In this document: one piece after another, positions 61,801 through 64,000 of the stretch | How the letters are laid out: every line of letters starts with the position of its first letter | Numbering within the stretch: position 1 is the first letter of the stretch | Assembly (NCBI RefSeq): GCF_024166365.1 | Contig: NC_064841.1 | Coordinates: forward strand, 46,375,680-46,439,679 | Direction of reading: 5' to 3' | From: Elephas maximus | Taxonomy: Eukaryota | DNA length: 64,000 nt | The notes under the pieces: generated by a model | The model's database searches: none | What the model was told of the DNA's origin: nothing | The model's input: only the letters and a program-made list of their open reading frames with translations | Translations under genes and position numbers: made by a program

Positions 61801-64000
61801 ACTATTCTCTCCCGTTTTTTTTATGTTTTGATATTGTCTGCTGTCTTCAGGACATTCAGTAGTTATTTTCTTCATTTATTGATCATAGTTCTGTTTGTCT
61901 CACCCTCCTTTTTTGTTTTATTTGGTCATGTTTGAGCAGACAGGCTGTGTGTTCTTTGTTGTTTACCTGTCTGTTGTCATGATACTTTTCACCTCCTTGT
62001 CCAATGGGCAGGGACAGTCACTCAGCTATGGTGATGCAGAACAGGTCCAGCTGAAGGGGAGGGGCTGGGATGGGTTGCTGTGGCACATACTAGGGCCAAC
62101 AGGGCTTGGAAGAAATCAGTGCTGGGCAGGTTCTGGTAGGTCATGCCTGTGCTGCTCAGGGGTGTGATGTTCAGCACATGATGCAGGTAGGCAGGAAGAA
62201 AGGGGAAGGTGGTGATGTATGGAGCTAATATTGATATGGGAAAGAGTAAAGAGAGGAGAGAGAAAGAAGAGCCAAAAACAAACAAACAAAAGAGTGCTAA
62301 GGGAGCTTGCCACTGGAGTGGAGAAATGAGAATCCGAAAAATGGAGAAAAACAAAAAGGAAAAAAAAGGGGGTAAAGGAAAAAAAAAATATATATATATA
62401 TATATATAAATTTGGAAGCAATGGAAAGAAAGAAAAGAAAAGCCCCCAGAGGTCCCACCAGTGCAGCTGCAATGAGTGGGGAGTGGCTCCCAGACTATGC
62501 AGTATCACCTGGCTAAAGGAGGTATAGATGTCATACAACGCCAGGTATGCAGAAGACAGGAAAAGAAGGTAAGTATAGAGAGAAGAGAATTGAGAAATGA
62601 GAAAAGACAGAAAGGAAAAAATAAGAAAGAAAAAAAGGTATGCCCCCAGGGATCCCACCTACGTGGCTGCACAGATTGGGGGAGTAGCTCCTAAGTCATG
62701 CAGTGTGGCCCTGCTGGAAGAGGCTCCAAAGCCACAAAAAAAGAAAACAAACAAATAAACAAAGCAAAACAAAGAAAAAAAATGCCCTAGGAATCCCACC
62801 AGAGTGGTGTCACGGCCAGGAAAGTGGTTCCCCAGCTAGGCAGTGCTTCACAGCCTTTCAAGAGTAAGAAGAGATGGCACATGGAGCTAGGTGTTCGAGA
62901 GTAAGGAGTGGGAGGTGATGGGAGGCATGGAAGAAACCAAAAGAAATGGAAAAAAGTAATACCAGCAATAAACTAATGGCAGAGAGCTGGCCAGTGTGGG
63001 TGGGGTGAATCCAAGTAGCACGGGGCCAAAACAGCTGCCTCTGGGCCAAGGGGCTGTGACCAGTGGGAAGTGGAGGAGGCTGGGGTGGGAAAGGGAAGAA
63101 GAGTGAGGGTTAGGAAAGCATATATTGCTGGTTACCAGATGCTCTGTCTCCTGTTGGGAACTTCGTGAAGCTGCTTTCCCATACTCTCTGTCCGCCCATC
63201 TCTGATGTGGGTGGGGCGAATCCAAGCAGCACGGATGCTGCACTTCCTGGCTGGCCATGCCACTGCTGCCAGCCAGGAGTCACGGAGGTAGAGCAGTGAG
63301 GAGACAATGGGGGGTAGGAAAGTGTGTCTTGCTGGTTACCAGGTGCTCTGTTTCCTGCTGGGAGCTCCATGAAGCTGCTTTCCTGTGCTCCCTGTCTACC
63401 AATCTCCAACAGGAGTCCAAGATGGAGAATCCATGCTGCATTAGGTGATAGGGGACCTCCACATGCATCTCTCCTCACTCTCTCTTCTCTGTCAGTTTCT
63501 TCTTCTAGTCAGTGCTTGGCTGAGTTTTTTATCTCTTCATTTGATGCTTTGGGTTCCAGGACTGGAGATGTTTGTCTCTGTTTGACTTAGTTTTTCAGAT
63601 CTTTGCTATGGAGAGACGGCGTAGTGCTTCTGTCTATGGTGCCATGTTGGCCAGAAGTATTCCTCTCATTCTCTCCTGAACTCACCTTAATTAGGCTTTT
63701 GCCTCTGCCACTCAACCAAAAATGTGTTTGTCAAGGTGATCAATGATCTCCTCACTGCTAAATTCAATGGTAATTCTCAGTCTTTATTTTACTTGATCTA
63801 GCAGCAATATTTTAAACAGTTGCTCATTCTCTCCTCCTTGATCGACTTCCCAGAACACCTGGCTGCTCCCTTTCAGTCTCCTTTACTGATTCCATCTCAT
63901 GGTCCAGATCTTAAGCGCTGGCCATCTCTTCTCTTTCTACACTGATTTCTCTTGTTCTGATCTGGTCTCATGACTTTAAATAAAACATATAAATGCTGAT
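58855..64000 (-). mobile_element. Near-full-length L1 'D' on the minus strand: poly(A) seen as poly-T, about 1-kb 3'UTR, ORF2, ORF1, and a long 5'UTR with tandem monomer-like units. It continues past the window end and has decayed ORFs.
   Basis: Poly-T sits at 58857-58880, the reverse complement of the 3'UTR at 58880-59850, ORF2 at 59850-61100 (sense-strand pieces in the track at 60061..60243 and 60370..60789, minus strand) and ORF1 at 61124..61624 (minus strand, ...NFPNIMKDEKLTIQEAQQAPYRIDPKRKSPRHTIITLTKTKHKQKMLRA). The 5'UTR lies above 61990. Confidence 0.8.

Noticed and set aside
62116-62658. A 180-aa minus-strand ORF with overlapping K/E-rich plus-strand ORFs.
   Set aside because: It is low-complexity translation of the purine-rich monomer spacers in the L1 'D' 5'UTR (including the (TA)n at 62390-62412). 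It has no coding signal.
1-64000. The expectation of a novel biological system (operon, defence island, CRISPR-like array).
   Set aside because: The sequence is mammalian and about 45-50% interspersed repeats with spliced exons. I found no prokaryotic-style gene cluster, no direct-repeat/spacer array, no rRNA gene and no tRNA gene. The only tandem arrays are microsatellites and L1 5'UTR monomers.

Overview
This window is mammalian nuclear DNA, not a prokaryotic locus. I found no operon, CRISPR array, rRNA gene or tRNA gene. It is AT-rich and dominated by interspersed repeats: L1 LINEs, RTE/BovB-type LINE fragments, tRNA-derived AfroSINE-type SINEs whose 3' tail matches the RTE tail, MIR fragments, and a few microsatellites. 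The SINE and RTE families point to an afrotherian genome (elephant-like); this is inferred from the repeat sequences alone.

The six-frame track lists only ORFs of 60 aa or longer and so hides the main content. A multi-exon protein-coding gene on the minus strand spans at least positions 3136-56013. I traced its exons by hand. Each has a polypyrimidine-AG acceptor and a GT donor, the exon phases are mutually compatible, and the translations align in order to the VIT domain, then the VWA domain (MIDAS motif DxSxS), then the post-VWA region of VWA5A/VWA5B-family proteins (comparison from memory of human VWA5A). A 1.1-kb Ser/Pro-rich ORF at the 3' end is most likely the last large exon, which suggests a VWA5B-like paralogue rather than VWA5A. 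Several exons are still missing: the exon with the start codon, the one or more exons between 10118 and 18329, and possibly one or more between 23347 and 31411. I could not find them by eye.

The gene's introns are packed with transposable elements. Positions 33.6-50.7 kb hold a nested L1 cluster: a full-length L1 and an AfroSINE are inserted into an older near-full-length L1, both with recognisable target-site duplications. Positions 58.9-64.0 kb hold a near-full-length minus-strand L1 whose 5'UTR carries tandem monomer-like units. All L1 and RTE ORFs are interrupted, and most long ORFs in the track are LINE ORF1/ORF2 pieces or their antisense readings. All coordinates are hand-derived; repeat boundaries are approximate (about ±20 bp).
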